A stretch of 63,943 nucleotides of DNA, counting the filler, from Sandaracinaceae bacterium (GTDB lineage Bacteria; Myxococcota_A; Polyangia; Polyangiales; JADJQN01): NCBI GenBank assembly GCA_947483975.1. It is 9 parts of 9 records of this genome, joined end to end, with 100 filler letters (N's around TTAATTAATTAA, not from the genome) between each part and the next. Parts side by side here need not be neighbours in the genome. Positions count along the whole stretch, not along the records: positions 36,139 to 43,191 come from CANKOL010000281.1; positions 43,292 to 50,334 come from CANKOL010000282.1; 7 more parts are not named here. One strand, 5' to 3'. The notes under the pieces were generated by a model. The model was not told the DNA's origin, ran no database searches, and was given only the letters and a program-made list of their open reading frames with translations. Made by a program: the position numbers and the translations under genes. Shown one piece after another: positions 39,877-49,291 of the stretch (within the stretch, counting starts at the first letter, position 1; the number at the start of each line of letters is the position of its first letter).

Positions 39877-40013
39877 GCTGACCGGGCGCAGCACGCTGCG
39901 TCCAGTCCACTCGAGGAGGCCCTGGCGCTTGACGGCGCCGGGGCCTTCTGTCATTTACCGGCTCCCTTTCGCGGTGGACCGCGGTCCATCCCAGCAAGCC
40001 CCAGGAACTCACC

Positions 40014-40148
40014 ATGTATCTCTTCGGATCCAAGAAGCCCCGCAGCAAGGACCGCTCCCGCGGGAGCCGCAAGACCGCCGCCCACAAGGCGAAGAACCGC
40101 CGCCGCGTGAACCGCATGCACGGCCGCAAGATGGGCCAGCGCCTCTAG
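40014..40148 (+). CDS. Unannotated 44-aa highly basic protein
   Basis: MYLFGSKKPRSKDRSRGSRKTAAHKAKNRRRVNRMHGRKMGQRL; AGGA RBS, GC3-biased codons, TTGACG upstream at 39929, hairpin downstream. Confidence 0.7.
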   Translation: MYLFGSKKPRSKDRSRGSRKTAAHKAKNRRRVNRMHGRKMGQRL

Positions 40149-40171
40149 CCTTTCGCTGCGCTCGACCGACT

Positions 40172-40210
40172 GAAGCCCCGCACGCTCACGCGCCGCGGGG
40201 CTTCGTCGTT
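40172..40210 (+). terminator. Putative intrinsic terminator
   Basis: GAAGCCCCGC...GCGGGGCTTC stem with a weak T tail. Confidence 0.55.
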
Positions 40211-40257
40211 CCGTCCGCATCGGTCGTCCGCGCGGCGCCGTGCTACCGTCCGCCCGA

Positions 40258-41133
40258 ATGACCCAGCCTTCCGCACCGCCAGGCCAGCAGCGCACCATCT
40301 TCGTCGTCAGCGACTCGACAGGCGAGACCGCCGAGCGTGTCGTGCGCGCGTCGCTGCTCCAGTTCCCGAGTCACAAGGTTCGACTCCGCCTCTTCACGCG
40401 CATTCGCGATCGCGAGGCCGTCGCCGACGTGCTGCAGAAGGCGGGCGAGGCTGGCGCGCTCGTCGTGTTCACGCTCGTCTCGCCGGGCCAGCGCGAGGTC
40501 TTCCACGCGATGGCGCGGCAGTACGACGTCGAGGCGGTCGACGTCATCGGCGCGATCATCGCGAAGGTCGGCACCTTCCTCGACGACTCGCCCATCAACA
40601 TCCCGAGCTCGTCGATGCCGCTCAGCGAGGAGTACTTCCGCCGCGTCGAGGCGATCGAGTTCGCGGTCAAGAGCGACGACGGCAAGGAGCCGCGCAACCT
40701 GCGCAAGGCGGACCTCGTCCTCGCGGGCGTGTCGCGCACGAGCAAGACGCCGCTGTCCACGTACCTCGCGGGCCGTGGGCTGCGCGTCGCGAACGTGCCG
40801 CTCGTGCTCGGCGTCTCGCCGCCGTCGGAGCTCTTCGATCTCCCGGCAGAGCGCGTCGTCGGGCTCACCGTCGACATCGAGAAGCTGCTCGAGATTCGGC
40901 GCGCGCGGCTCGTGCTCCTCGGCATGCCGGCCGAGACGAACTACGGGCTCCGCGAGCACGTGCGCTCGGAGCTCGAGTTCGCGAACGACATCTTCCGCGA
41001 GCACCCCGAATGGACCGTGATCGACGTCAGCGGTCGCGCGATCGAGGAGACCGCCGCGATCATCCTCGAGGCGTACAAGGACCGCGAGGAAGAGCGCCGC
41101 GCGTCCATGACCGAGCCGCCCCCGCCGGCCTGA
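40258..41133 (+). CDS. PPDK/PEP synthase regulatory kinase-phosphorylase (DUF299)
   Basis: SDSTGETAE, YFRRVEAIEFAVKSDDG, GVSRTSKTP, IEETA. Confidence 0.93.
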   Translation: MTQPSAPPGQQRTIFVVSDSTGETAERVVRASLLQFPSHKVRLRLFTRIRDREAVADVLQKAGEAGALVVFTLVSPGQREVFHAMARQYDVEAVDVIGAIIAKVGTFLDDSPINIPSSSMPLSEEYFRRVEAIEFAVKSDDGKEPRNLRKADLVLAGVSRTSKTPLSTYLAGRGLRVANVPLVLGVSPPSELFDLPAERVVGLTVDIEKLLEIRRARLVLLGMPAETNYGLREHVRSELEFANDIFREHPEWTVIDVSGRAIEETAAIILEAYKDREEERRASMTEPPPPA

Positions 41134-41148
41134 GCCGCGCGGGCGCGC

Positions 41149-41679
41149 TCAGCGGCTGCGTCGGACGTACTCGTCCGGCACGGCCGTGAACATCTGCGAG
41201 AGGATGCCGTCGGCCACCCGCAGGCGGCGCGAGAGCTCGCGCGCGATGTTCCGCACGAGGAGCGCGTAGGCCTTCACGTCGCGTTGGAACAGCAGCCCGT
41301 CGACGTGCTCGGCGCTCATCCGCACGAGCATCGTCGGCGCGACCGCGCGGACCGTCGCCGAGCGCGGCTGCACGTCGAGGATGGCCATCTCGCCGAACCA
41401 GTCGCCCGGCCCGAGCAGCGCGACGCGCACCTCGCCTCCGCGCCCGAGCTTCACGACCTCAAGCTCACCCGCCACGATCACGTACATCTCTTGCGCCTGA
41501 TCGCCCTCGCGCACGACGACGGTGCCGATGTCCGCGTGCTCGGTCGGAAGTTCGCGCGCGAGCACGACGAGCGACTCGTCGTCGAGCTCACCGAAGAGCC
41601 CGATATCGCGCAGCATGGCCGACGTCACCCGCGGCCGACCCGCGCCGGTCTCGTCTCGATTCGTGGCGGTCATCGTCAT
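41149..41679 (-). CDS. Cyclic-nucleotide-binding domain protein
   Basis: VVREGD, FGEMA, PRSATV; no HTH. Confidence 0.88.
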   Translation of the reverse strand: MTMTATNRDETGAGRPRVTSAMLRDIGLFGELDDESLVVLARELPTEHADIGTVVVREGDQAQEMYVIVAGELEVVKLGRGGEVRVALLGPGDWFGEMAILDVQPRSATVRAVAPTMLVRMSAEHVDGLLFQRDVKAYALLVRNIARELSRRLRVADGILSQMFTAVPDEYVRRSR

Positions 41680-41834
41680 CCCCTCCCAGGCGAACAGCGC
41701 GCCCGCCATCGTGCGTGAGCTTGCCTTCGCAGGCAAGGGAGGAGGCCGTTCGCTTTACGGGAACGGTCCGAGCCCGCTACCATGCGGAGGCTGATGTCGT
41801 GTCGTGCTCGAGCAAGCGGGGCGGGGGAGCCGCG

Positions 41835-43058
41835 GTGTCCGTGAGTCACGACTCGCTCGACCTCCCGCGCGCCTTCGGTCCGTACCTGCTGCTCCGCCGC
41901 CTCGCGGTGGGCGGGATGGCGGAGGTGTACGTCGCGCGCGCCCGTGGGATCAGCGGCTTCGAGAAGCTCGTCGCGATCAAGGTCATCCACCCGCGCTACT
42001 CCGAGGACGAGCACTTCATCCAACTGCTCGTCGAGGAGGCGAAGATCTCCGTCCTGCTGACGCACGTCAACGTCGGGCAGATCTTCGATCTCGGCGTCGT
42101 CGACGGGACTTACTACATCGCGCTCGAGTACATCGAGGGCGCCGACGCGTATCGAATGCAGCGCAAGGCGTCCGACGCCAGCGTGGCGGTGCCGATCGAC
42201 GTGTGCATGTTCGTCGCCGCCGAGGTCTGCCACGGGCTCGACTACGCGCATCGCAAGCGCGACTCCGACGGCAAACCGCTCGGCATCGTGCACCGCGACA
42301 TCTCGCCGCAGAACGTGCTCATCGGCTTCGCGGGCGAGGTGAAGATCGTCGACTTCGGCATCGCGAAGGCGGCGATGCGCTCGGGGCAAACCGAGGCCGG
42401 CGTCATCAAGGGCAAGTACTACTACATGAGTCCTGAGCAGGCCTGGGGCGACCCCATGGACCATCGCTCGGACATCTTCTCCGCGGGTATCGTCCTCTAC
42501 GAGCTCTTGATCGGCGAGATGCTGTACCGCGAGGACAACATCCCCGCGGTGCTCGACCGCGTGCGCAAGGCGGAGATCGCGCCGCCGTCGACGCGCCGCA
42601 AGGACGCTCCCCCGGAGCTCTCCGCGATCGTGATGAAGGCCCTCGCCAAGAAGCCCGAGGACCGCTTCCAGAGCGCGCACGAGATGGCGCAGGCGCTGAT
42701 GCAGCTGCTCTACAAGACGTCACCCTCGTTCACGACGGGGCGCGTCGCGCAGTTCATGGCGCAGCTGTTCCCGATCGAGATCCGGCGCAACGCGGAGCTT
42801 GCCGCGCTGAACGTCGACGACCCGGACACGACCGAGGTCGGTCAGCCCGTGCCGAAGCTCCCGCCGAAGCCCGCGCCGAAGCCCGCGCCGAAGCCCGCGC
42901 CGAAGCCGCGACGATGCGCGAGGCGGTCGAGCGCGACATCGCCTCTGCGCACGCCGAGCTCGATGCTCGCCGTGCGTCGATCGTCACGGATTCCCGGCGC
43001 GAGGCGGATCGTCTGCTCGACGAATCGCGAGCGACAGCCCACGAGCTCGTCGTCGTAG
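41835..43058 (+). CDS. Ser/Thr protein kinase (sequence after ~42908 suspect)
   Basis: GGMAEVY, HRDISPQN, DFG, YMSPEQ; KPAP repeat, then implausible reading. Confidence 0.88.
   Translation: MSVSHDSLDLPRAFGPYLLLRRLAVGGMAEVYVARARGISGFEKLVAIKVIHPRYSEDEHFIQLLVEEAKISVLLTHVNVGQIFDLGVVDGTYYIALEYIEGADAYRMQRKASDASVAVPIDVCMFVAAEVCHGLDYAHRKRDSDGKPLGIVHRDISPQNVLIGFAGEVKIVDFGIAKAAMRSGQTEAGVIKGKYYYMSPEQAWGDPMDHRSDIFSAGIVLYELLIGEMLYREDNIPAVLDRVRKAEIAPPSTRRKDAPPELSAIVMKALAKKPEDRFQSAHEMAQALMQLLYKTSPSFTTGRVAQFMAQLFPIEIRRNAELAALNVDDPDTTEVGQPVPKLPPKPAPKPAPKPAPKPRRCARRSSATSPLRTPSSMLAVRRSSRIPGARRIVCSTNRERQPTSSSS
42851..42908. repeat. 12-bp tandem repeat (CCGAAGCCCGCG)n encoding KPAP
   Basis: About 4-5 copies visible. 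Confidence 0.85.
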
Positions 43059-43191
43059 CCCGCTCCGATGCCCGCGAAGCCGTGCATGAGGAGCGGCGCC
43101 GCGCGGCCGACGATCTCGAGATGCTCGTCGCGCTGCGCGAACGGATCGCTGACGAACGCAACACCCTCACGGAGTTCCACACCCAGCTCAG

Positions 43192-43291
43192 NNNNNNNNN
43201 NNNNNNNNNNNNNNNNNNNNNNNNNNNNNNNNNNNTTAATTAATTAANNNNNNNNNNNNNNNNNNNNNNNNNNNNNNNNNNNNNNNNNNNN
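43192..43291. other. Artificial contig linker
   Basis: N-TTAATTAATTAA-N. Confidence 0.99.
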
Positions 43292-44053
43292 CGCGCGAAG
43301 GACCGCGGCGCGGGCTGCGGAGAGCGCCCACGCGTCGCGCTCGTCGTCAGAGCAATGCCCGCGCAGCTCGATGCGCAGGATCTGCGGATTGAACGTGAGC
43401 GTCGCCGCGATGGCGTCGATCAGCGGCAGCTGCCGCGCGTCGAGCTCGCTCGAGCCGCGCCTGAAGTACGGGCGATCGAGGATGACGATCCGCGAGTCGC
43501 TGACGAGCACGTACCCCTGATCCGGGCAGCCGTCTTCGTCGTCCGTGCCGTTGTAAAGCTCGGCCTCGTTCGGGCAGTGATCGTCGCCGTCGAGGATGCG
43601 GTCCTGATCGTTGTCCGGGTCCGGGCAGCCATCGGCGTCTTCGAAGCTGTCGCGGTCCTCCGCCTCGCCGACGCAGAGGTCGTCGTCGTCGCGAACCCCG
43701 TCGCCGTCCTGATCGTCGGGCGCGAGCGGGCGGGGGGACGAGGCAGCCCGCGAGGCCGTCAGCGTGATCGGGACGCGCACCCAGTCTTGCGCGCTGCCGT
43801 TGTGCACGTTCGCCTGCACCTCGAGCAGCCCCTCGCCCTCGTTCGGCGCGTCGAGGAGCGTGAGGCGGTACACGGGAGTCCACGTCGACGCGCCCTGGAC
43901 GCCGTCTCGCTCGTCCGCTCCGGCGCGCGGCACCTCGACCGGCTGAGGCGTTCGCGCCGTCGTTCGCTGACTCGCACCACAACCGACAAACGCCGCGCAG
44001 GAGCAGAGCGCGAGGACCACGGCGAGCCATCCGTCTGCCCTCTGAGCGCCCAC
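43292..44053 (-). CDS. OmpA-family lipoprotein with thrombospondin type-3-like repeats (3' truncated)
   Basis: DQDGDGV.D..D.C and DGCPD repeats; IELRGH, LSAARA. Confidence 0.8.
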
Positions 44054-44055
44054 GC

Positions 44056-44667
44056 TCAGCCCTCGTCGTCGTCCGGCGAGTCGCTCGTGCCCGCCGACGT
44101 CGGCGTGCGCGGGGCGAGGACGCGCGGCGGCAGCAATTCGGGCTCGGTCTCGACCTTCTGGGCGAGGAAGATCGCCGCGTCGAGCTTCTGGAACGAGCGC
44201 TTTCGATACCACTGGAGCGCCGAGCGGTTGTTCTCCGCGACCTCGAGCACGAGGTGCGTGCAGCCGCGCACGCGCGCGAGGTGCTGCAGCTGCTCGATCA
44301 TGAACGAGCCGACGCCGCGCCCCTGCGACTCGGGGTGCACCGCGAGCTCCTCGACGAAGAGCGGGCGCATATCCCGCTTGTCGAAGAAGCGCATGTTGAT
44401 CCAGTTGTCCGAGCCGGTGACCTCGTACGCGCACTCCGCGTAGCCGACGATCTCGCCGTTGATCTCGAAGAGGAGCTGCTCGACGCCCTCGTCGTCGTAG
44501 ACCTCCATGAAGCGCTGCTTGCTGCGCGGGCGCTGGAACTCGAGCGTCTGCGTGTTGACCGCGCGAAAGACGAGCTTGATGAACTCCCACGCTTTGTTGA
44601 GATCGCGGCGATGGATGCGGCGGACTCGGATCGCGTCGTCGGGCTCAGGCGGCTTCTTGCGGACCAT
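44056..44667 (-). CDS. GNAT-family acetyltransferase
   Basis: LAVHPESQGRGVG, N..ALQWY. Confidence 0.9.
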   Translation of the reverse strand: MVRKKPPEPDDAIRVRRIHRRDLNKAWEFIKLVFRAVNTQTLEFQRPRSKQRFMEVYDDEGVEQLLFEINGEIVGYAECAYEVTGSDNWINMRFFDKRDMRPLFVEELAVHPESQGRGVGSFMIEQLQHLARVRGCTHLVLEVAENNRSALQWYRKRSFQKLDAAIFLAQKVETEPELLPPRVLAPRTPTSAGTSDSPDDDEG

Positions 44668-44742
44668 CGGCCGAGGGTAGCTTGAGTCGAGGAGCGGCGT
44701 CCGCCGTTGTGGGCGCGCGGCGCTTCCGATAGGGTTTCGCCC

Positions 44743-45327
44743 ATGCCGCTTCAGCTTCAGCTGCGCCTCGCCTCGTGGGTCGTTCTCGTCGGCGCGCTCG
44801 CGTCGCTCACCGCCTGCGCCGCGGATACGCGCCCGGTGACCCCGCCCGTCGTCACGGGCGAGACGGGTCGGATGATCGGGATGACCGACGCGCACAATCG
44901 CCTCCGCGCGATGGTGGATACGGCGACGCCGCTGCCGGACCTCGTGTGGGACACGCAGCTCGCGGCGGACTCGCAGGCTTGGTCCGAGCACCTCGCGGCG
45001 ACGGGCTGCGGGCTCACGCACTCGATGGGCGACTACGGGGAAAACCTCTATTGGCAGAGCGGCGGCACGGTCACGGCGGAGTCCGTGGTGACGTCCTGGT
45101 ACGACGAGATCAGCTGCTACACGTTCGGCTCGTTCATGAGCACGGACGTCTGCGATATGGCCTGCACCGACGCGATGAACGCGAGCGGCTGTGGGCACTA
45201 CACGCAGGTGGTCTGGCGCAACACGCAGCGCGTCGGCTGCGGCGTCGCGACGTGCACGAGCGGCGCGGAGATCTGGACCTGTCGCTACGATCCCGCGGGC
45301 AACTGGATCGGCGAGCCCGCGTACTGA
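44743..45327 (+). CDS. CAP/SCP-domain lipoprotein
   Basis: HNRLR, GENL, GHYTQVVW, VGCG, CRYDPAGN. Confidence 0.93.
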   Translation: MPLQLQLRLASWVVLVGALASLTACAADTRPVTPPVVTGETGRMIGMTDAHNRLRAMVDTATPLPDLVWDTQLAADSQAWSEHLAATGCGLTHSMGDYGENLYWQSGGTVTAESVVTSWYDEISCYTFGSFMSTDVCDMACTDAMNASGCGHYTQVVWRNTQRVGCGVATCTSGAEIWTCRYDPAGNWIGEPAY

Positions 45328-45377
45328 CGCGGCTGGGCGCGCGGTGAGTCGCGCGCAGTCGAGAGAGCGACGCGCGA

Positions 45378-46016
45378 CTACGACGCGGGGCTGAGCGAGT
45401 ACGGCGCGTCGGCGAGGAGCGTGCGCCACTCGGCCGTCAGCGCGCGCGCGAGCGTCGCGTCGCCGATGAGCACGGCGGGGCCCGTGCGCACGTCGCCGAG
45501 GAGCAGCCGCGCGGTGTCGACGACGAGACAAGGCGTGCGCGGCAAGAGCCCCGCGGGCGGGGTCCACACATCGAGGCGCGCGAGCGGCGGGCGCGGCGAG
45601 GTCGACGTCGGCGCGATCCACGTGAGGTGCACGTCGGGGCGCGGCAAGGCGGCGAGCGCCTCGAGGAGCGCGGCGTCCGTCGCGTCGTAGCCCGCGACGA
45701 AGACGTCGTGCCGCGCGGTGCGGACGAGCGCGAGGTGGGCCGCGGTGTCGACGCCGCTCTCGGCGAGCGTGACGTGCGTCGCGGCGGCGCGTCGCTCGGC
45801 GATCGCGGCGACGATGACCGCTTGGGCGGCGCGCGCGTCGAGCCCTTGCAGCGAGCCGAGGTGGCCCTCGACGTTGCCGAAGCCGCCGGCGATGAAGGTC
45901 GAGCGGCTGAGGGGGAGGAGCAGGCGCTTGCGGTGAATGGAGCGGAGCAGCGACTCGAGCGTGGCGGTCGGGACGCGCGTCAGCGCTGAGCCCGCGGTCG
46001 GCGTGTAGGAGGCCAT
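45378..46016 (-). CDS. DrmC/PLD-like protein with degenerate catalytic motif
   Basis: ARHDVFVAGY and RTPCLVVD resemble PLD fold segments; no HxK motif. Confidence 0.45.
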   Translation of the reverse strand: MASYTPTAGSALTRVPTATLESLLRSIHRKRLLLPLSRSTFIAGGFGNVEGHLGSLQGLDARAAQAVIVAAIAERRAAATHVTLAESGVDTAAHLALVRTARHDVFVAGYDATDAALLEALAALPRPDVHLTWIAPTSTSPRPPLARLDVWTPPAGLLPRTPCLVVDTARLLLGDVRTGPAVLIGDATLARALTAEWRTLLADAPYSLSPAS

Positions 46017-46080
46017 GGCGCGCCGAACGTAGCAGCTGCGCGCGGGCGTCGCCGCGCAGGGCGGCAGTCGCGCGGGTGCG

Positions 46081-47784
46081 TCAGGGGCTGCAGTGCCCGC
46101 CCGCGGCGGGGGTGGGCGCGGCGTCGTCGTCGGGCGGCGCGCTCTCGAGCAAGAGCCTCGGCACCGCGGCGAGCACGAGCGAGGGCGGGCGCGGATAGGC
46201 CCAGAGGGTCTGCCCGTACGGCACCGAGCCGCGGTCGGCGACGAGGCGCTGCATCGGGGAGTCGACGCCGGCGGGGTTGAAGAGCGCGTCGTCGCGGACG
46301 AAGCCAGCGTAGAGATAGTCGACGAGCTCGCCGGCGCTGAGCCAGCCGTCGGCGGGGTGCGCGTCGGCCTCGCCGAGCACGCCGCGGCGCAGGTACCAGC
46401 TGAGGTAGCCGCCCGCGCGGCGCGGCTCGGCGGTGTCGCTCAGCACATCGGCGTCGGACGAGAAGATCCCGATGCGCCCGGGCTTGGTCACGAAGTCGTC
46501 GCGGAAGCCGCCCGAGTGACACGAGTCGAGCGCGAGGATGACCGTGCCCGCCGTCATCGGCTCGAGCGCGGCGGCCAGGTCGGTGTCCGTCAGGGGCTCA
46601 TCGAAGAGGCTGAGCGTCTCGTCGAGGCCGTCGAGTTCCGTCGAGCCGGGGGGCGCCGCCTGCGCGTTGCCGTGCCCCGAGTAGAAGACGATGACGACGT
46701 CCTCGGGCCGCGCGCGGGCGGCGAGGCGGCGCAGGGCGTCGAGGAACGCCGCGCGCGTGGCCTGCGCGTCCGTGAGCAAGATCGAGTCGGCCTCGTCGAG
46801 CAGGTGCCGCGTGCGGAGCGCCTTCTTCAGCAAGCGCGCGTCGTCCGCGCAGCCGTAGAGCGGCCCGCCGTGATAGGCCGTGATGCCGACGAACAAGCCG
46901 AGCACGCGCCCGTGCGCGCTCGGGCCAGCCCAGCCGCCCGCCGGCACGGACTCCCCGTCGCGCACGACGATCGGCGGCGTGACGCTCGCGCGCGCCCGGA
47001 AGCCGCCCTGCCCCGCGAAGTGAAACGCCGTCACGACCGCGAGGTAGGTGCCCGTCACCGGCGCGGACACGTCGACGGTGCTGTCGCTCGCGCGCTCACC
47101 GCCGCCCTCGCCGAGGTCGTCCGCGTCGTCGTTCGACCAGACCTCACCGCCGGGCGCGAACACGACGACGGAGGGGTCGAAGTCCGGCGAGGTCACGCGC
47201 AGGCGCACGCGCGAGCCGCCCTGCGCCTCGAAGCGCAGCCAGGTGCCGGGCACCTTGTCGGAGTCGTCCGCGAAGACGCGCCCGTCGACCGTCGCGCCCG
47301 CCCCGAGCGCCATCGTCGCGCCGAGGTCCACGCGCTCAGCGCGCAGCGTGTACGCCCCCACCTGCCCGGACTGCGCGGTCGTCGCGTGCACGAGGTAGCG
47401 CCCCGCGAGCCGAGGCGTCCACGAGACCTCCGCGTCGAGGGAGCCAGCGAAGGTGTCGTCGGTGCGGGTCGTGTGTCCGTCAGGCGCGACGATCTCGAGC
47501 AGCGAGTCGAGCGTGCGCGAGCGCATCGTGAGGCGCACCGGCACGTCGGCGGCGAGGTCGAGCGCGTACACGTGCTCGCCGTGCCCGTCGGCGCGTCGGT
47601 CGCACGCGCTGAGGCGCGCGCTCACCGGGCGATTGTCGAGCGTACGCACGGCCACCGCCGCGGGCGCGTCGACCGTCGTCGCGCGGATCGTCGCCGCACC
47701 ACAGCCAGCCGCCAGCGCCGCAGTCGCACCTACGGCCGTCACCCACGCCGCCGACACGCCGCCCCACCAGTTCGTGTTTCGCAC
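46081..47784 (-). CDS. Caspase-family (C14) peptidase lipoprotein with PPC-like repeats
   Basis: AAGC lipobox, two PPC-like domains, FYSGHG and LDSCHSG dyad. Confidence 0.85.
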   Translation of the reverse strand: MRNTNWWGGVSAAWVTAVGATAALAAGCGAATIRATTVDAPAAVAVRTLDNRPVSARLSACDRRADGHGEHVYALDLAADVPVRLTMRSRTLDSLLEIVAPDGHTTRTDDTFAGSLDAEVSWTPRLAGRYLVHATTAQSGQVGAYTLRAERVDLGATMALGAGATVDGRVFADDSDKVPGTWLRFEAQGGSRVRLRVTSPDFDPSVVVFAPGGEVWSNDDADDLGEGGGERASDSTVDVSAPVTGTYLAVVTAFHFAGQGGFRARASVTPPIVVRDGESVPAGGWAGPSAHGRVLGLFVGITAYHGGPLYGCADDARLLKKALRTRHLLDEADSILLTDAQATRAAFLDALRRLAARARPEDVVIVFYSGHGNAQAAPPGSTELDGLDETLSLFDEPLTDTDLAAALEPMTAGTVILALDSCHSGGFRDDFVTKPGRIGIFSSDADVLSDTAEPRRAGGYLSWYLRRGVLGEADAHPADGWLSAGELVDYLYAGFVRDDALFNPAGVDSPMQRLVADRGSVPYGQTLWAYPRPPSLVLAAVPRLLLESAPPDDDAAPTPAAGGHCSP

Positions 47785-47828
47785 CTCGCCAAGGTAGCAG
47801 GGCGGCCGCGCGCGCGTCCCACGCGGCG

Positions 47829-49289
47829 ATGGCGCGGAGCCCGCCGCAGCCCCATGCTCGCCCGGCTTTGCGCGCCCCGCGAGACCTCGAGCGCACCCAT
47901 CGTTCGGCGCTGCTCGGCGCGGCGCTCGGCGCCTGCGCGCTCGTCTGCGCGCTCGTCTGCGCGGCCAGCCTCGCGACACGGCTGCGCGCCGACGACACGG
48001 CGCACGCCGTCGTGCGCAGCGTCGAGTCGCCCGGCGCGCTCGCGCCGTTCTTCGCGTCCCTCCTCGCGAGCGAGCGCCGACAGGCGACGACGCGCATCTC
48101 GTGGTTCGGCGACTCGAACATCGCCTTCGACAGCATCACGAGCACGCTGCGCGCGCGCCTGCAGGGGCGCTTCGGTGACGCGGGGCACGGCTTCGTGCTC
48201 GTGACGCCGGGCTATCTGCCGTACGGACACCGCGGCATCGTGCTCGGCTCCCGCGGGCGCTGGCGGCTCTCGGAGCTAGTGCGCGGGACGCGCGCGGACG
48301 GGCGCTACGGCTACGGTGGCGTGCTGTTCATGCCGAGCGCGCCGAGCACGAGCGCGACGTTCTCGACCGCGCGCGCTGGCGAGGTCGGCCGCGCGGCGTC
48401 GCGCTTCGAGGTGCTCTATCAGCGGCACGCGCAGGGCAGCGCGCTCGAGCTGCGGGCCGAGGACGGCGCGACGACGACGGTCGACACGCGCGCGGAGTCG
48501 ACGAGCGACGGCGTCGCGGTGCTCGAGGTCGCGGACGGCGCGCACACGTTCTCGTTGCGCGCGGCGGGACGCGGCGAGCTGCGCGTCTACGGCGTCGTGC
48601 TCGAGCGCGCGGCGCCGGGCGTCGTGCTAGACTCGGTCGGGCTCGTCGGCGCGCGCGGCAAGCGCTTGCTCGCGTGGGACGCGGCGCACCTCGCGGGGCA
48701 GGTCGCGATCCGGCGCCCGCAGCTGATCGTGATCGGCTTCGGCGCGAACGAGGCGAGCGACGCCTACGACGGCGACGACCCGTACACGGCGGAGACGAGC
48801 GAGGTCGTGCGGCGCCTGCGCGCGGGCGCGCCCGACGCGGCGTGCCTCGTGCTCGGGCCTCCCGACCAAGCGGGCCCGGCGCCGGGCGGCGGCGAGGTGC
48901 GGACCTACCCGACGCTCCCGCGCCGCGTCGAGATCCAGCGGCGCGTCGCCGTGAGCGCGGGCTGCGCGTTCTGGGACACGTTCTCGGCGATGGGCGGCGC
49001 GGGGAGCATGGTGCGCTGGCACCGCACCGGCCTCGGCGGGCACGACTACCGACACTCGACGGCGGCAGGCTACGAGCGCCTCGCGGAGCTGCTCGACGCC
49101 GCGCTGATGAGCGCGCTCGCCGACTATCGCAGCGCAGAGGCCGCGCGCGTCAGCGATGCCGGCGAACCGGGCGATGCAGGCGATGCAGGCAATTCGCCGG
49201 ACGCTGGCGAACGCGAACCTCGCGCAGAAGCGGGTCGTGCGGACACTGCGGCGGGCGACGCGGGCTCGACGCGCGACGGCGGCCGCTGA
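47829..49289 (+). CDS. SGNH/GDSL-family hydrolase or acetyltransferase
   Basis: GDS, GANE, DYRH motifs. Confidence 0.85.
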   Translation: MARSPPQPHARPALRAPRDLERTHRSALLGAALGACALVCALVCAASLATRLRADDTAHAVVRSVESPGALAPFFASLLASERRQATTRISWFGDSNIAFDSITSTLRARLQGRFGDAGHGFVLVTPGYLPYGHRGIVLGSRGRWRLSELVRGTRADGRYGYGGVLFMPSAPSTSATFSTARAGEVGRAASRFEVLYQRHAQGSALELRAEDGATTTVDTRAESTSDGVAVLEVADGAHTFSLRAAGRGELRVYGVVLERAAPGVVLDSVGLVGARGKRLLAWDAAHLAGQVAIRRPQLIVIGFGANEASDAYDGDDPYTAETSEVVRRLRAGAPDAACLVLGPPDQAGPAPGGGEVRTYPTLPRRVEIQRRVAVSAGCAFWDTFSAMGGAGSMVRWHRTGLGGHDYRHSTAAGYERLAELLDAALMSALADYRSAEAARVSDAGEPGDAGDAGNSPDAGEREPRAEAGRADTAAGDAGSTRDGGR

Positions 49290-49291
49290 CC

